From assembly GCA_049942775.1 (NCBI GenBank), contig CP188087.1:30001-62000 (forward strand): a stretch of DNA of 32,000 nt, written 5' to 3'. This document shows, piece after piece, positions 20,828 through 30,680 of this stretch. Source of the DNA: Candidatus Saccharimonadota bacterium. GTDB lineage: Bacteria; Pseudomonadota; Gammaproteobacteria; Enterobacterales; Enterobacteriaceae. A program made the position numbers and the translations under genes. Within the stretch, counting starts at the first letter, position 1, and each line of letters starts with the position of its first letter. The notes under the pieces were generated by a model. That model did no database searches and was not told the DNA's origin. It saw only the letters and a program-made list of their open reading frames with translations.

Positions 20828-22657
20828 TTAATCATCTAGAAAACTTCTTAATATTTCTGATCTGCTGGGATGTCTTAGTTTTCTTAAAGCTTTTGCTTCA
20901 ATTTGTCTAATTCTTTCTCTAGTTACATCAAATTGTTTTCCTACTTCTTCTAAAGTATGATCAGTATTCATGTCAATTCCAAATCTCATTCTTAAAACTT
21001 TTGCTTCTCTTGGTGTTAATCCTGCTAATATATCATGAGTAGCTGAACGTAAACTTTCTGCAGTTGCTGATTCTAATGGTAATTCCAGTGTTGTATCTTC
21101 AATAAAATCACCTAAATGAGAATCATCGTCGTCTCCTATAGGTGTTTCCATAGAAACTGGTTCTTTAGCTATTTTTAAAACTTTTCTAATTTTTTCTTCT
21201 GGAATTAACATTTTTTCAGATAATTCTTCTGGTGTTGGTTCTCTTCCAATTTCTTGTAATATTTGTCTAGAAATTCGATTTAATTTATTTATAGTTTCGA
21301 TCATATGTACAGGTATTCTAATTGTTCTTGCTTGATCAGCAATAGAACGAGTAATTGCTTGTCTAATCCACCAAGTAGCATATGTAGAAAATTTATATCC
21401 TCTACGATATTCAAATTTATCTACTGCTTTCATTAATCCTATATTTCCTTCTTGTATTAGATCTAAAAATTGCAATCCTCTATTAGTATATTTTTTTGCT
21501 ATAGAAATTACTAATCTTAAGTTTGCTTCAACCATTTCTTTTTTTGCTCTTTTAGCTTTAGCTTCTCCTATTGCCATTCTTCTATTAATATCTTTTACTT
21601 GATCAATAGTTAAACCAGTTTCTTTTTCAATTTGAATAAGTTTTTTTAAACTTAAGGAAATTAAATCTTTAACTGATTTTATATTATTAGCCCATTTTTT
21701 TTTAATTTTTTCAAATTTATACAACGAGTTTTTATTCGTTTCATTTTTGTTGAAAAAATAAATAAATTTCTTTTTAGGAATTTTACACTTTTCTATGCAC
21801 AAATCCATGACTCTTCTTTCTTGTTTTCTTACTTCTTTCATCATTTTTTGCATATTTTTTACTAAAATATCAAATTGTTTTGGTACTAATCTAAATTGTT
21901 TAAATATTTCTGATAGATTGTTAATGGCTAATATAGATTCTTTATGAAATCTATTTTTTTGTTTTATTGTTTCATTAGTAATGAAATATTGATTTTTTAA
22001 TTCGGAAAATTTCTCTTTAGCTAATTTTGGATCTATTTGGTTTTCTTCTGTTTCATTTTCTTCCGATTCTAATTTATTTACATGTTCTTCCAAAGATAAT
22101 TGTGATCCAATATGTGAAATACTATTATTGTCTGTTTCTCTTACATTTGGATCAATAAATCCAATAATTAATTCTGATAATTTTATATCTCCTGATTGAA
22201 CTTTTTCATATTGGTTTAATAAATAGGTAATTGCTTTAGGGTATTCTGAGACAGATGATTGAACTTGATTTATTCCTTCTTCTATTCTTTTAGCAATATC
22301 AATTTCTCCCTCTCTAGTCAATAATTCGACAGACCCCATTTCTCTCATGTACATACGAACAGGATCAGTAGTTCTTCCTAGTTCTGATTCTACACTAGAT
22401 AAGACTTGTGCAGCTGCTTCTACAGCATCTTCGTCTGCATCATTTGTGCTTTCGTTTAGCATTAAATCATCGGCATCGGGAGCTTCTTCTACAACTTGAA
22501 TTCCCATGTCATTTATCATTTGAATGATATCTTCAACTTGATCAGAATCAATGATTTCTTCAGGAAGATGATCATTAACTTCTGCGTAAGTTAAATAACC
22601 TTGTTCTTTACCATGATTTACAAGTAGTTTAAGTTGTGATTGTGGGTTTTGTTCCAT
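20828..22657 (-). CDS. rpoD: RNA polymerase primary sigma factor sigma-70 (about 609 aa)
   Basis: [31 protein letters not shown] is identical in pattern to the E. coli RpoD N-terminus, so the ATG at 22657 is preferred over the track start at 22672. Regions 2-4 are almost identical to E. coli, including [27 protein letters not shown] and the C-terminal LRSFLDD. Confidence 0.98.
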   Translation of the reverse strand: MEQNPQSQLKLLVNHGKEQGYLTYAEVNDHLPEEIIDSDQVEDIIQMINDMGIQVVEEAPDADDLMLNESTNDADEDAVEAAAQVLSSVESELGRTTDPVRMYMREMGSVELLTREGEIDIAKRIEEGINQVQSSVSEYPKAITYLLNQYEKVQSGDIKLSELIIGFIDPNVRETDNNSISHIGSQLSLEEHVNKLESEENETEENQIDPKLAKEKFSELKNQYFITNETIKQKNRFHKESILAINNLSEIFKQFRLVPKQFDILVKNMQKMMKEVRKQERRVMDLCIEKCKIPKKKFIYFFNKNETNKNSLYKFEKIKKKWANNIKSVKDLISLSLKKLIQIEKETGLTIDQVKDINRRMAIGEAKAKRAKKEMVEANLRLVISIAKKYTNRGLQFLDLIQEGNIGLMKAVDKFEYRRGYKFSTYATWWIRQAITRSIADQARTIRIPVHMIETINKLNRISRQILQEIGREPTPEELSEKMLIPEEKIRKVLKIAKEPVSMETPIGDDDDSHLGDFIEDTTLELPLESATAESLRSATHDILAGLTPREAKVLRMRFGIDMNTDHTLEEVGKQFDVTRERIRQIEAKALRKLRHPSRSEILRSFLDD

Positions 22658-22744
22658 AATACATTTCCACATTTTTTATTAGTTATATATAAATTGAATT
22701 GTTTTTTTTAAATGTTCTTTTAAAAATTATATTTAAATAAATAT

Positions 22745-24490
22745 TTATTTTTTTGCTTTAAATAAAGATATATTAATATTCCATAGTTTTTTTTTTTCAT
22801 TTGTATTTAGTCCTATATTTCTTTCTTTAGAAATAAGTTTTTCCAGTTTTTTTTCTAATTGTTGTTGATATATATTATTTAATATATCTATGAACATTTT
22901 TTTTATTTGGTCTTTTTCTACCATATAGTCTAATATAGTTAATTTTTTTAATATTTTTCCTATTTTTGAATTACGAAACATTTCTAATATTTGTATAGTG
23001 TTATAATTTGGATGCTTCATACAAAATTTTAATAACTGTAGAAAAATAGAAAATCCTGAAATATTTAAATTAGTTTTGATTACTTCTAATGGAACTAATT
23101 GAAAAAGTTCTGGATTTTGAATTAATAATCCAATTAAAATTCGTATTGGAGTTTTTTTTATTATTTGTAAATTTATATTTTGTTGTGTTTTTTTTTTTAG
23201 AATTTGTTTCAGTTGATTTATTTCTAAAATTCCTATTTTTGATCCTAATTTTTGTAATAAATAAAATTGAATAGTTTTTCCTGGTATTTTTTTTATTAAT
23301 GGAATTATTAAAGAACTAAATTTAGATTTGTCAGAAATAGATATTAGAGAATTATTTTTAGAAAATTTTTTAAATATAAAATCTGAAAAACAAATTGATT
23401 TTTTAATTCTTTGTTCAAATAGTTTTTTTCCTTCTTTTCTAATTATGGAATCTGGATCATATCCTTTTGGCAAAAATATAAATTTGATATTTTTTTTATC
23501 TTCAATGTGTGGAAGTGAAATTATTAATGTTCTCCATGCTGCTATTTTTCCAGCTGGATCTCCGTCATAACAATAAATTATTGTATTAGAGATTTTAAAC
23601 AAATATTGAATTTGTTTTTCATTGATAGATGTTCCTAGTATAGCTACTACCGGACATTCAATATTAAATTGGGATAGGATTATGACATCAAAATATCCTT
23701 CTACTACTAGTAGTACTTCTGTATTTTTATTTTTTTTTAAAATTTCATAAATTCCATAAATTTGTTCTCTTTTTTTAAAGAAAGAAGTTTCTGATGAATT
23801 TAAATACTTCGGTTGTCTTAAATTATTTACTATTCTTCCTCCGAATCCAGAAATTTTTCCATATTTATTTTTAATAGGAAATATAATTCTATTTCTAAAG
23901 TGTTCATAATTTTTTTTTTTATTTTTATCGGTTATTATTTTTGATTTAATTAGAACTTGTTTTTCTTCTTCTGTAAATTTTAAAAAAATGTTATTTTTTT
24001 CGTTAGCATATCCAATATTGAATAGTTTTATTGTATCATTTTTTACTCCTCTATTTTCTAAATATTTTAATATTTCATAATTTTTTTTTATAAATAAATT
24101 TTTTTGATAAAATTTTTGTATTTTTTTCATTGATTCAAAAAAAATATTTTTTTGAAAAAAATAATTATTTTTTTTTATAAAAAAAGATCTAAAAATGTTT
24201 TTTTGACCATTAATTATACTTAATTGTTCAATAGAATCTAAAAAATTCAATCTTTCATAATTTATTAAAAAATCAATTGCATTTCCATGAGCATTACATC
24301 CAAAACAATAATAAAATTGTTTTTTTTCATTTACTGTAAAAGATGGTGTTTTTTCATTATGAAAAGGACAAAGAGATTGGTAATTAATACCTTTTCTTTT
24401 TAGTTCTATTTTAGATTTAATCAAGTCGACAATATTGGTTTGCAACAATAATTCATTAATAAAACTTTGAGGAATTTTCCATTTGTTCAT
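22745..24490 (-). CDS. dnaG: DNA primase
   Basis: It has the zinc-ribbon CPFHNEKTPSFTVN..KQFY.CFGC.AHGNAIDFL and the TOPRIM block VVEGYFDV...Q......VA.LGTS. It also sits in the operon context rpsU-dnaG-rpoD. Confidence 0.95.
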   Translation of the reverse strand: MNKWKIPQSFINELLLQTNIVDLIKSKIELKRKGINYQSLCPFHNEKTPSFTVNEKKQFYYCFGCNAHGNAIDFLINYERLNFLDSIEQLSIINGQKNIFRSFFIKKNNYFFQKNIFFESMKKIQKFYQKNLFIKKNYEILKYLENRGVKNDTIKLFNIGYANEKNNIFLKFTEEEKQVLIKSKIITDKNKKKNYEHFRNRIIFPIKNKYGKISGFGGRIVNNLRQPKYLNSSETSFFKKREQIYGIYEILKKNKNTEVLLVVEGYFDVIILSQFNIECPVVAILGTSINEKQIQYLFKISNTIIYCYDGDPAGKIAAWRTLIISLPHIEDKKNIKFIFLPKGYDPDSIIRKEGKKLFEQRIKKSICFSDFIFKKFSKNNSLISISDKSKFSSLIIPLIKKIPGKTIQFYLLQKLGSKIGILEINQLKQILKKKTQQNINLQIIKKTPIRILIGLLIQNPELFQLVPLEVIKTNLNISGFSIFLQLLKFCMKHPNYNTIQILEMFRNSKIGKILKKLTILDYMVEKDQIKKMFIDILNNIYQQQLEKKLEKLISKERNIGLNTNEKKKLWNINISLFKAKK

Positions 24491-24575
24491 TTTTTTATAA
24501 AAATTATATTTTTTAATTTCTAATTAGTTATTGATTAATTAGATATACATCATGTACATGAAAATTTGATAAAAA

Positions 24576-24791
24576 TTAATACATTCTTATTCTTTTTGAA
24601 TTTTCTCTTGCTAGTTTTTTGGATAGTCTTTTTATTGCAGAGGCTTTAGCTCTTTTTCTTTCAGTGGTTGGTTTTTCATAAAATTCACGTTTTCTGATTT
24701 CTGATAAAATTCCAGCTTTTTCACAAGATCTCTTGAATCTTCTTAAAGCTACATCAAAAGGTTCGTTATCTCGTACTTTTATTATTGGCAT
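24576..24791 (-). CDS. rpsU: 30S ribosomal protein S21
   Basis: [69 protein letters not shown] is near-identical to E. coli RpsU. An AAGGA Shine-Dalgarno lies upstream. Confidence 0.98.
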   Translation of the reverse strand: MPIIKVRDNEPFDVALRRFKRSCEKAGILSEIRKREFYEKPTTERKRAKASAIKRLSKKLARENSKRIRMY

Positions 24792-24907
24792 TCTTTTTCC
24801 TTGTGTTATAAATAGAAAAAAATAAAAAAATATTTTTTATATAAAATAAAATAACTTATACTATTACATAAAAATTTATTTAATTCAAAATTTTATTTTT
24901 TTAGTTG

Positions 24908-25031
24908 TATGTGATTTTTGCATTTTTTTATTATTTGGAAATATTAAAAGTATGTGGTTTTTGCATTTTTTTATTATTGGAAATATTAAAAATATGTGAT
25001 TTTTGTATTTTTTATTATTGGAAATATTAAA
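24908..25031 (+). repeat. Tandem direct repeat of three units (43, 42 and 39 nt) immediately upstream of, and running into, the tsaD start codon
   Basis: Unit A, 24908-24950: TATGTGATTTTTGCATTTTTTTATTATTTGGAAATATTAAAAG. Unit B, 24951-24992: TATGTGGTTTTTGCATTTTTTTATTATTGGAAATATTAAAAA. Unit C, 24993-25031: TATGTGATTTTTGTATTTTTTATTATTGGAAATATTAAA, followed by ATGAGA, the tsaD start. The units differ by only a few substitutions or 1-nt indels. Confidence 0.9.
24961..24989 (+). promoter_or_regulatory. Candidate sigma70 promoter for tsaD inside repeat unit B
   Basis: TTGCAT (24961-24966), a 17-nt spacer, then TATTAA (24984-24989). Equivalent motifs occur in unit A (TTGCAT 24918-24923, 18 nt, TATTAA 24942-24947) and unit C (TTGTAT 25003-25008, 16 nt, TATTAA 25025-25030). 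This rests on motif matching only. Confidence 0.25.
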
Positions 25032-26042
25032 ATGAGAATATTAGGAATTGAAACTTCTTGTGATGATACTGGTGTTGCAGTTTACGATAATAAATTTGGT
25101 TTAATTATAGATAAATTACAAAGTCAATCTTCTTTGCATGATAAATATGGAGGAGTTGTTCCAGAAATTGCAGCTAGAAATCATCTAGATCAAATTTTTC
25201 TTTTTCTTCAAAAAATTAAAAACAAAGAAAAGTTTTTTAGTTCTATTGATTCAATTTCTTATACAGCCGGACCTGGATTAGTAGGTTCTTTATTAGTAGG
25301 TGCTACAGTAGCATGTTCATTAGCTTTTTCTTTAAATGTTCCAGTAATTCCAGTAAATCATATAGAAGGTCATTTATTATCTCCTATGTTAGATAATAGA
25401 AATTTGAATTTTCCATTTTTAGGTTTGGTGATTTCTGGTGGTAACACACAATTGATTCATGCAAAAAAAATAGGAGTTTATGAATTGTTAGGGAAAACAT
25501 TAGATATCGCTGTAGGCAATCTTCTTGATAAAATAGCAAAAGCATTAGATTTAAAATATCCAGGTGGACCAAATATTTCTAAATTAGCAAAATTTGGAAG
25601 GAACGGAATATTTAAATTTCCTAGACCGATGTTAACCCACTCTAATTTAAATTTTAGCTTTTCTGGATTACGAACTTTCATTGAAAAGTTAATAAAATGC
25701 TCTGATAAAAGTTTTCAAATAAAATCAGACATAGCTTTGGAATTAGAAGAAACAATTATAGAAATTTTTATTTTTAAAGTTTATCGAGCTTTAAAATTGT
25801 TGAATTTAAAGAATTTAGTTATTGTTGGAGGGGTAAGTGCAAATTCTAGATTAAGAAATTATTTTTTTGATTTTTCAAAAAAAAATAATTTTAATTTATT
25901 TTTAGCATCAAAAAAATATTGTACTGACAATGCTGCCATGATTTCTTATGTTGGATTTTTAAAATTTAAGTCTGGAATTTGTTCTAAAAATACAGATGTT
26001 TTCGTTGATCCAAAATGGTGTATTAACAACCTTAACAGATAA
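25032..26042 (+). CDS. tsaD: tRNA N6-adenosine threonylcarbamoyltransferase TsaD (YgjD/Gcp), about 336 aa
   Basis: MRILGIETSCDDTGVAVYD matches the E. coli TsaD N-terminus MRVLGIETSCDETGIAIYD. YGGVVPE.A.R.H, Y..GPGL.G.LLVG, V.VNH.EGH, L..SGG.T.L and GGV.AN..LR are also present. The track start at 24996 is a GTG lying inside repeat unit C. Confidence 0.95.
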   Translation: MRILGIETSCDDTGVAVYDNKFGLIIDKLQSQSSLHDKYGGVVPEIAARNHLDQIFLFLQKIKNKEKFFSSIDSISYTAGPGLVGSLLVGATVACSLAFSLNVPVIPVNHIEGHLLSPMLDNRNLNFPFLGLVISGGNTQLIHAKKIGVYELLGKTLDIAVGNLLDKIAKALDLKYPGGPNISKLAKFGRNGIFKFPRPMLTHSNLNFSFSGLRTFIEKLIKCSDKSFQIKSDIALELEETIIEIFIFKVYRALKLLNLKNLVIVGGVSANSRLRNYFFDFSKKNNFNLFLASKKYCTDNAAMISYVGFLKFKSGICSKNTDVFVDPKWCINNLNR

Positions 26043-26054
26043 AAAAGAATTAAG

Positions 26055-26702
26055 TTATTTTTTTTTTTGTTTTAAAAATTTTTTTATATCTTCTATAGTC
26101 AATACTGAAATATTATATTTTCTAGAAAATTTGATAATTTCATCTGTTTTAGACATGGAACCATCTTTATTAGTTAGTTCACATAATACTCCTGTTGGTT
26201 TTAAACCTGCTAATTTTGTCAATTCTATGGTTGCTTCAGTATGTCCTGATCTCATTAACAAACCTCCTGAATGAGCACATAGTGGAAAAATATGTCCAGG
26301 TTTATTTAAATCATTTGGTTTTGCTGTTTCTGATATAGCTGTTCGAATAGTAGTAATTCTATCTTTTGCTGAAACACCGGTAGAAATTCCTTTTGCGGAT
26401 TCTATAGATACAGTAAAAGGAGTACTAAAAGAATTGGTATTTTTTTTAACCATCATTGGTAACTGTAATTTTTTTCTTTTTTCTTCAGTTATACATAAAC
26501 AAACTATTCCACTACAATACCTTATTGTAAAAGCCATTTGTTTTATAGTCATTTTTTCAGCAGAAAAAATCAAATCTCCTTCGTTTTCTCTATTTTCGTT
26601 GTCTAATAAAATTATTCCATTACCTTTTTTTAGTTCTGCTATTGCAATTTCTATTCTTTTTTTTGGTGTTCCAAATTCGGATAAAAGAATTTTTTTTCTC
26701 AT
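26055..26702 (-). CDS. ribB: 3,4-dihydroxy-2-butanone 4-phosphate synthase
   Basis: LL..FGTP..R.E.A...L..G.G...[70 protein letters not shown] match E. coli RibB. An AGGAG Shine-Dalgarno is present. Confidence 0.96.
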   Translation of the reverse strand: MRKKILLSEFGTPKKRIEIAIAELKKGNGIILLDNENRENEGDLIFSAEKMTIKQMAFTIRYCSGIVCLCITEEKRKKLQLPMMVKKNTNSFSTPFTVSIESAKGISTGVSAKDRITTIRTAISETAKPNDLNKPGHIFPLCAHSGGLLMRSGHTEATIELTKLAGLKPTGVLCELTNKDGSMSKTDEIIKFSRKYNISVLTIEDIKKFLKQKKK

Positions 26703-26853
26703 ATGTTTCTCCTAAATCTTTACTAGTGTATTAGTTTGTAATTAAAATTATAACAGTTTAAAAATAGTTTTTTGATGAATAAAAAAATTTTTTTTAATAT
26801 TTAAATTTTTAAACTTAAAAATTGTATTTGTCTAAAATTTTTTTTTAATTATA

Positions 26854-26907
26854 TGTTATATATATATTATAATCCGACGAATTATTGAAATATATATATA
26901 TATAACA
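26854..26907. repeat. Inverted repeat built on (TA)n tracts in the divergent ribB/cca spacer
   Basis: tgttatatatatat (26854-26867) is perfectly complementary to atatatatataaca (26894-26907). The 26-nt loop, tataatccgacgaattattgaaatat, holds the only GC-rich hexamer (ccgacg) in the spacer. Confidence 0.6.
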
Positions 26908-26956
26908 CATAATTATTTTAAAAGTTAAATTAATTTAATTTCGGATAAGTAATTTC

Positions 26957-28225
26957 GTGAAAGTATATTTGGTAGGAGGAGCTGTAAGAGATAGTTTATT
27001 AAAATTATCAATACATGACAAAGATTGGGTGGTGGTAGGATCTTCGATAAAAAAATTATTGAAAAAAAAATTTAAACAAGTAGGAAAAGATTTTCCTGTT
27101 TTTTTGCATCCAGTTAGTTACGAAGAATATGCTTTGGCTAGAACTGAATACAAATCAGGAAAAGGATATATAGGTTTTAAAACTGATTTTAATGCAAATA
27201 TTACTTTGGAAGAAGATTTAAAAAGAAGAGATTTGACTATAAATGCTATAGCTAAAGATAAATATGGAAATTTTATAGATCCATTCTTAGGAATTAGAGA
27301 TTTAAAACTAAAAATATTAAGACACGTTTCTCCTGCTTTTGAAGAAGATCCTTTGCGAGTTCTTCGAGTAGCTAGATTCGCTGCTAGTTTTTCTAGATTT
27401 GGATTTATTATAGCTAAAAAAACTATGGTTTTAATGAAAAAAATAGTTAATAGTAATGAATTACTACATTTAAAAGGAGAAAGGATTTGGAAAGAAACAG
27501 AAAAGGCATTGAATACAATTAATCCTCAAATATATTTTAAAGTATTAGAAATGTGCGGAGCAATTTTTGTTTTGTTTCCGGAAATTTATCAATTATATTT
27601 ATTTAGTTCAATTTGCTTTTATCATAATAACTATTGTAGTTATATGAAAAAAATTTTTAGAAACTTATCTTATATTTCTAAAAAAACTAAAGAGCTAGAG
27701 ATACGTTTTTTATTTTTGTTTTGTTGTTTTGATTATTTTCCGTTTTTTTTAAAAAAAAAGGATATTATTGAAATATATAATAAAAATCATATTTTTTTAA
27801 TTAAAAATTTTTGCAAACGATTGAATATTTCAAATGTTATTCGAGATTTTTGTATCATAATAATTAAAAATTATATATTTTTAAAAAACATTAAGAGTCA
27901 AAGTTCAGAAAAAATAATTAATTTTTTTAATTCAATAGACGCATGGAGAAATTTTGATCGAATTAAAAAAATAGTATTTCTAATGAATTTAAATTTTTTA
28001 AGTAAAACAGAAAATTATTATCATGATGTTATAAATACTATAAAGAAAGGGGATTTTTTATTTTCTATTTATTTAATTTCTAAAAATGTATCTGTAAAAT
28101 CAATTGTATCGAGTGGTTTTAAAGGTATAAACATTAGAAACGAATTATTTAGATTAAGGGTTCTTGTAGTTGAGAATTGGAGAAAAAGTTTATTTATTCA
28201 AAATAAAAAGTATTGTTTTTTTTAA
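26957..28225 (+). CDS. cca: tRNA nucleotidyltransferase (CCA-adding enzyme), 422 aa, GTG start
   Basis: (M)KVYLVGGAVRDSLL....HDKDWVVVGS, VGKDFPVFLHP...EEYALARTE.KSG.GY.GF, LE.DLKRRDLTINA, LRHVSPAF.EDPLRVLRVARFA, ER.WKETE.AL and S.GFKG..IR.EL are colinear with E. coli Cca. The first codon is GTG at 26957. Confidence 0.93.
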   Translation: MKVYLVGGAVRDSLLKLSIHDKDWVVVGSSIKKLLKKKFKQVGKDFPVFLHPVSYEEYALARTEYKSGKGYIGFKTDFNANITLEEDLKRRDLTINAIAKDKYGNFIDPFLGIRDLKLKILRHVSPAFEEDPLRVLRVARFAASFSRFGFIIAKKTMVLMKKIVNSNELLHLKGERIWKETEKALNTINPQIYFKVLEMCGAIFVLFPEIYQLYLFSSICFYHNNYCSYMKKIFRNLSYISKKTKELEIRFLFLFCCFDYFPFFLKKKDIIEIYNKNHIFLIKNFCKRLNISNVIRDFCIIIIKNYIFLKNIKSQSSEKIINFFNSIDAWRNFDRIKKIVFLMNLNFLSKTENYYHDVINTIKKGDFLFSIYLISKNVSVKSIVSSGFKGINIRNELFRLRVLVVENWRKSLFIQNKKYCFF

Positions 28226-28273
28226 ACTTAATTTTATGAATAACTAACTTGTAAAAAATTTAAGTTTTATTAT

Positions 28274-28308
28274 TTTAAGCAGCTAAATTGTTTGTTTAAC
28301 TGCTTAAA
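28274..28308. terminator. Hairpin between convergent cca and crr; candidate bidirectional terminator
   Basis: tttaagcag-c-taaa (28274-28287) pairs with ttta-a-ctgcttaaa (28295-28308). That gives 13 bp with one C/A mismatch and a 7-nt loop, ttgtttg. On the plus strand it is followed by TTATTACTATTTTTTTTT. On the minus strand it begins 6 nt after the crr stop. Confidence 0.35.
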
Positions 28309-28314
28309 TTATTA

Positions 28315-28821
28315 CTATTTTTTTTTAACGTACATTACTACAGTAGTTCCTGCAATAGTAGTTCCCTTCATTTTTTTTAATTCTTGTATTTCCTCCATGT
28401 TTGATATGATAACAGGAGTTAAAATTGATTTTGCTTTTTTTTTTAAAATAGATAAATTATATTTCAGGATTAAATCTCCAATCTTTACTTTTTGTCCTTC
28501 TTTTGCTATTTGAGTAAATCCTTCTCCATTAAGTTCTACTGTGTCAATTCCAAAATGTACAAATATTTGAATTTTTGGATTTTTAGATTCTATGGAAAAA
28601 GCATGTTTGCTTTTAAAAATTTTTCCAATTACTCCATTTATTGGAGATAGTATTCTTTTTCCTGATGGTTTTATTGCTATTCCATCTCCTGCTATTTTTT
28701 CTGAAAATACAACATCTGGTACATCTTTTAATTTTACTATTTTTCCTGACAATGGAGCAATTATTTTTATTTCTTTATCATTGTTTTTATTCTTTCCAAA
28801 AAAACTAGAAAATAACCCCAT
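28315..28821 (-). CDS. crr: PTS glucose-specific enzyme IIA component
   Basis: MGLF....I.IIAPLSG.IV...[19 protein letters not shown]..., HAFSIES......[38 protein letters not shown] match E. coli Crr. An AGGAG Shine-Dalgarno is present. Confidence 0.96.
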   Translation of the reverse strand: MGLFSSFFGKNKNNDKEIKIIAPLSGKIVKLKDVPDVVFSEKIAGDGIAIKPSGKRILSPINGVIGKIFKSKHAFSIESKNPKIQIFVHFGIDTVELNGEGFTQIAKEGQKVKIGDLILKYNLSILKKKAKSILTPVIISNMEEIQELKKMKGTTIAGTTVVMYVKKK

Positions 28822-28853
28822 TAGTATTTTCTCCTAAAAATATTTTATTTTAT

Positions 28854-30578
28854 TTATAAATGTAAATTATTTTCAGTAAATCTATTTATTAATTTTTTTA
28901 TTTCAATTGAAGTGGACATAGTTAAGGCTTGATTAGCTAAATTGATTGCTTGCTTATATTTTACCTGTCTGATTATTTTTTTTACATATGGTATAGAAAT
29001 TGGACTCATGCTAAATTCATCTAGTCCCATTCCTAACAAAACGATGGTAGCATTTGTATCTCCTGCTAACTCTCCACACATTCCAGTCCATTTTTTTTCT
29101 TTATGTGAAGCATCTATCACTTGTTTGATTAGTTTTAATATTGGAGGACTCATAGGATCGTATAATTTAGAGATTAGTTTGTTCCCTCTATCTACAGCTA
29201 AAGTATATTGCGTTAAATCATTTGTTCCTATACTAAAAAAATCTACTTCTTTAGCTAAGAAGTTTGCAATTATTGCAGATGCAGGAGTTTCTATCATAAT
29301 TCCTATTTCTATTTTTTTATCGAAAGGAATTTTTTTATTTTTTAGTTCTTTTTTTAAAAACTCTAATTCATTCTTTAATACACGTATTTCTTCTACTGAA
29401 ATAATCATTGGGAACAAAATTCTTAACTTTCCAAAAGCAGAAGCTCGAAGTATAGCTCGTATTTGTGAATGTAAAATATCTTTTCTTTGTAAAGATATTC
29501 TAATAGCTCTCCAACCTAAAAACGGGTTTTCTTCTTTTGGAAAATTCATGTATGGTAACTCTTTATCTCCTCCAATATCCATTGTTCGAATAATAACTGT
29601 TTGTTTATCCATAATTTCTGCAATTTTTTTATATGCAATAAATTGTTCTTCTTCGCTAGGAAGATTTTTTCTTTCCATAAATAAGAATTCAGTTCTATAT
29701 AATCCAATAGATTCTGATCCATAATGTTTTGCTCCGTTTACATCTCGAATATTACTAATATTTGCACTAATTTCTATTTTGTGACCGTCTAATGTTATTG
29801 CTGGTAATATTTTTAGGTTTTGTAGTTGCTTTTTTTCAGCGAGATATTTTTTTTGTATTATTTCTATTTTTTTTATTTGTTCTTTTGAAGGATTTATAAA
29901 GATTTGGTTGTTTATTCCATCTAGTATAACAAAATCATTGTTTTTTACTTTATTTGTAATATTTTCTGTTCCAACGATCGCTGGTAATTCTAGTGATCTT
30001 GCAATTATGGATGTATGTGAAGTTTTTCCTCCTAAATCGGTTATTAATCCTAGTATTTTTTTTGAATTGATTTGTGCTGTTTCAGATGGTGTTAGATCTT
30101 TTGCTACTAAAATTACTTTATTTTTTATTTTTTCTAAATTGTGGACATTTATATTAAATAAATTATTTAACAGTCTTAATCCTATATCTCTGATATCAAT
30201 TGCTCTATTTTTTAGATATTCATCATCTAATTTTTCTAAATTGTTTGCTTGTTTGTCAATAATTGTTTGAATTGCATAATCAGCTGATTTGTGTTTGTTT
30301 TTAATTAATTTAATTATGTCTTGTTCAAATTCCTCATCTTCTAGTAGTAAAATATGACTATCAAATATTTCCTTATTTTTTTTTATTTTATTTTCTGTGT
30401 CATTTTTTATTTTTTCTAGTTGTTGTATCGTTTTTGTTCTTGTTTTTAAAAATTTTTTTATTTCTGAGTTTATTAAATCAGGTGAAATATTTTCCTGGTT
30501 AATAATTATTTTTTGTTTTTTTAATAAAAATACTTTTCCAAAAGCGATACCTGGTGATGCTAAAATCCCTGAAATCAT
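28854..30578 (-). CDS. ptsI: Phosphoenolpyruvate-protein phosphotransferase (PTS enzyme I)
   Basis: [35 protein letters not shown] (active-site His region), [61 protein letters not shown] and [12 protein letters not shown] are colinear with E. coli PtsI. Confidence 0.97.
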   Translation of the reverse strand: MISGILASPGIAFGKVFLLKKQKIIINQENISPDLINSEIKKFLKTRTKTIQQLEKIKNDTENKIKKNKEIFDSHILLLEDEEFEQDIIKLIKNKHKSADYAIQTIIDKQANNLEKLDDEYLKNRAIDIRDIGLRLLNNLFNINVHNLEKIKNKVILVAKDLTPSETAQINSKKILGLITDLGGKTSHTSIIARSLELPAIVGTENITNKVKNNDFVILDGINNQIFINPSKEQIKKIEIIQKKYLAEKKQLQNLKILPAITLDGHKIEISANISNIRDVNGAKHYGSESIGLYRTEFLFMERKNLPSEEEQFIAYKKIAEIMDKQTVIIRTMDIGGDKELPYMNFPKEENPFLGWRAIRISLQRKDILHSQIRAILRASAFGKLRILFPMIISVEEIRVLKNELEFLKKELKNKKIPFDKKIEIGIMIETPASAIIANFLAKEVDFFSIGTNDLTQYTLAVDRGNKLISKLYDPMSPPILKLIKQVIDASHKEKKWTGMCGELAGDTNATIVLLGMGLDEFSMSPISIPYVKKIIRQVKYKQAINLANQALTMSTSIEIKKLINRFTENNLHL

Positions 30579-30680
30579 AACATTACCTTTAACATAATAA
30601 CGACGATAATTATTTAAAAATTTTTATAAAAAAATTTTTTTATAAAAATATATAATTTAACATTTTTTTTGTTATTTTAT

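Noticed and set aside
24491-24575. Small palindromes (CTAATTA..TAATTAG and CATGTACATG) in the rpsU-dnaG spacer, where E. coli has an internal terminator.
   Set aside because: The stems are short and AT-rich, and no U-tract follows them on the transcribed strand. The evidence is insufficient.
28942-29724. A 260-codon ORF on the plus strand, entirely antisense to ptsI. This is strikingly long for such AT-rich DNA.
   Set aside because: It lies in the antisense frame where a stop needs a sense-strand NNT/NNC codon followed by TAN, or NNT followed by CAN. Stops are therefore depleted there as a by-product of ptsI codon usage. The product is low-complexity (F/I/S/L-rich), it has no Shine-Dalgarno and I recognise no homolog. 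The opposite strand encodes a full-length, highly conserved PtsI.
30620-30660. A repeated TTTTTATAAAAA palindrome in the ptsH-ptsI spacer.
   Set aside because: It is pure A/T low-complexity sequence, and such self-complementary runs are common here. Nothing indicates a function.
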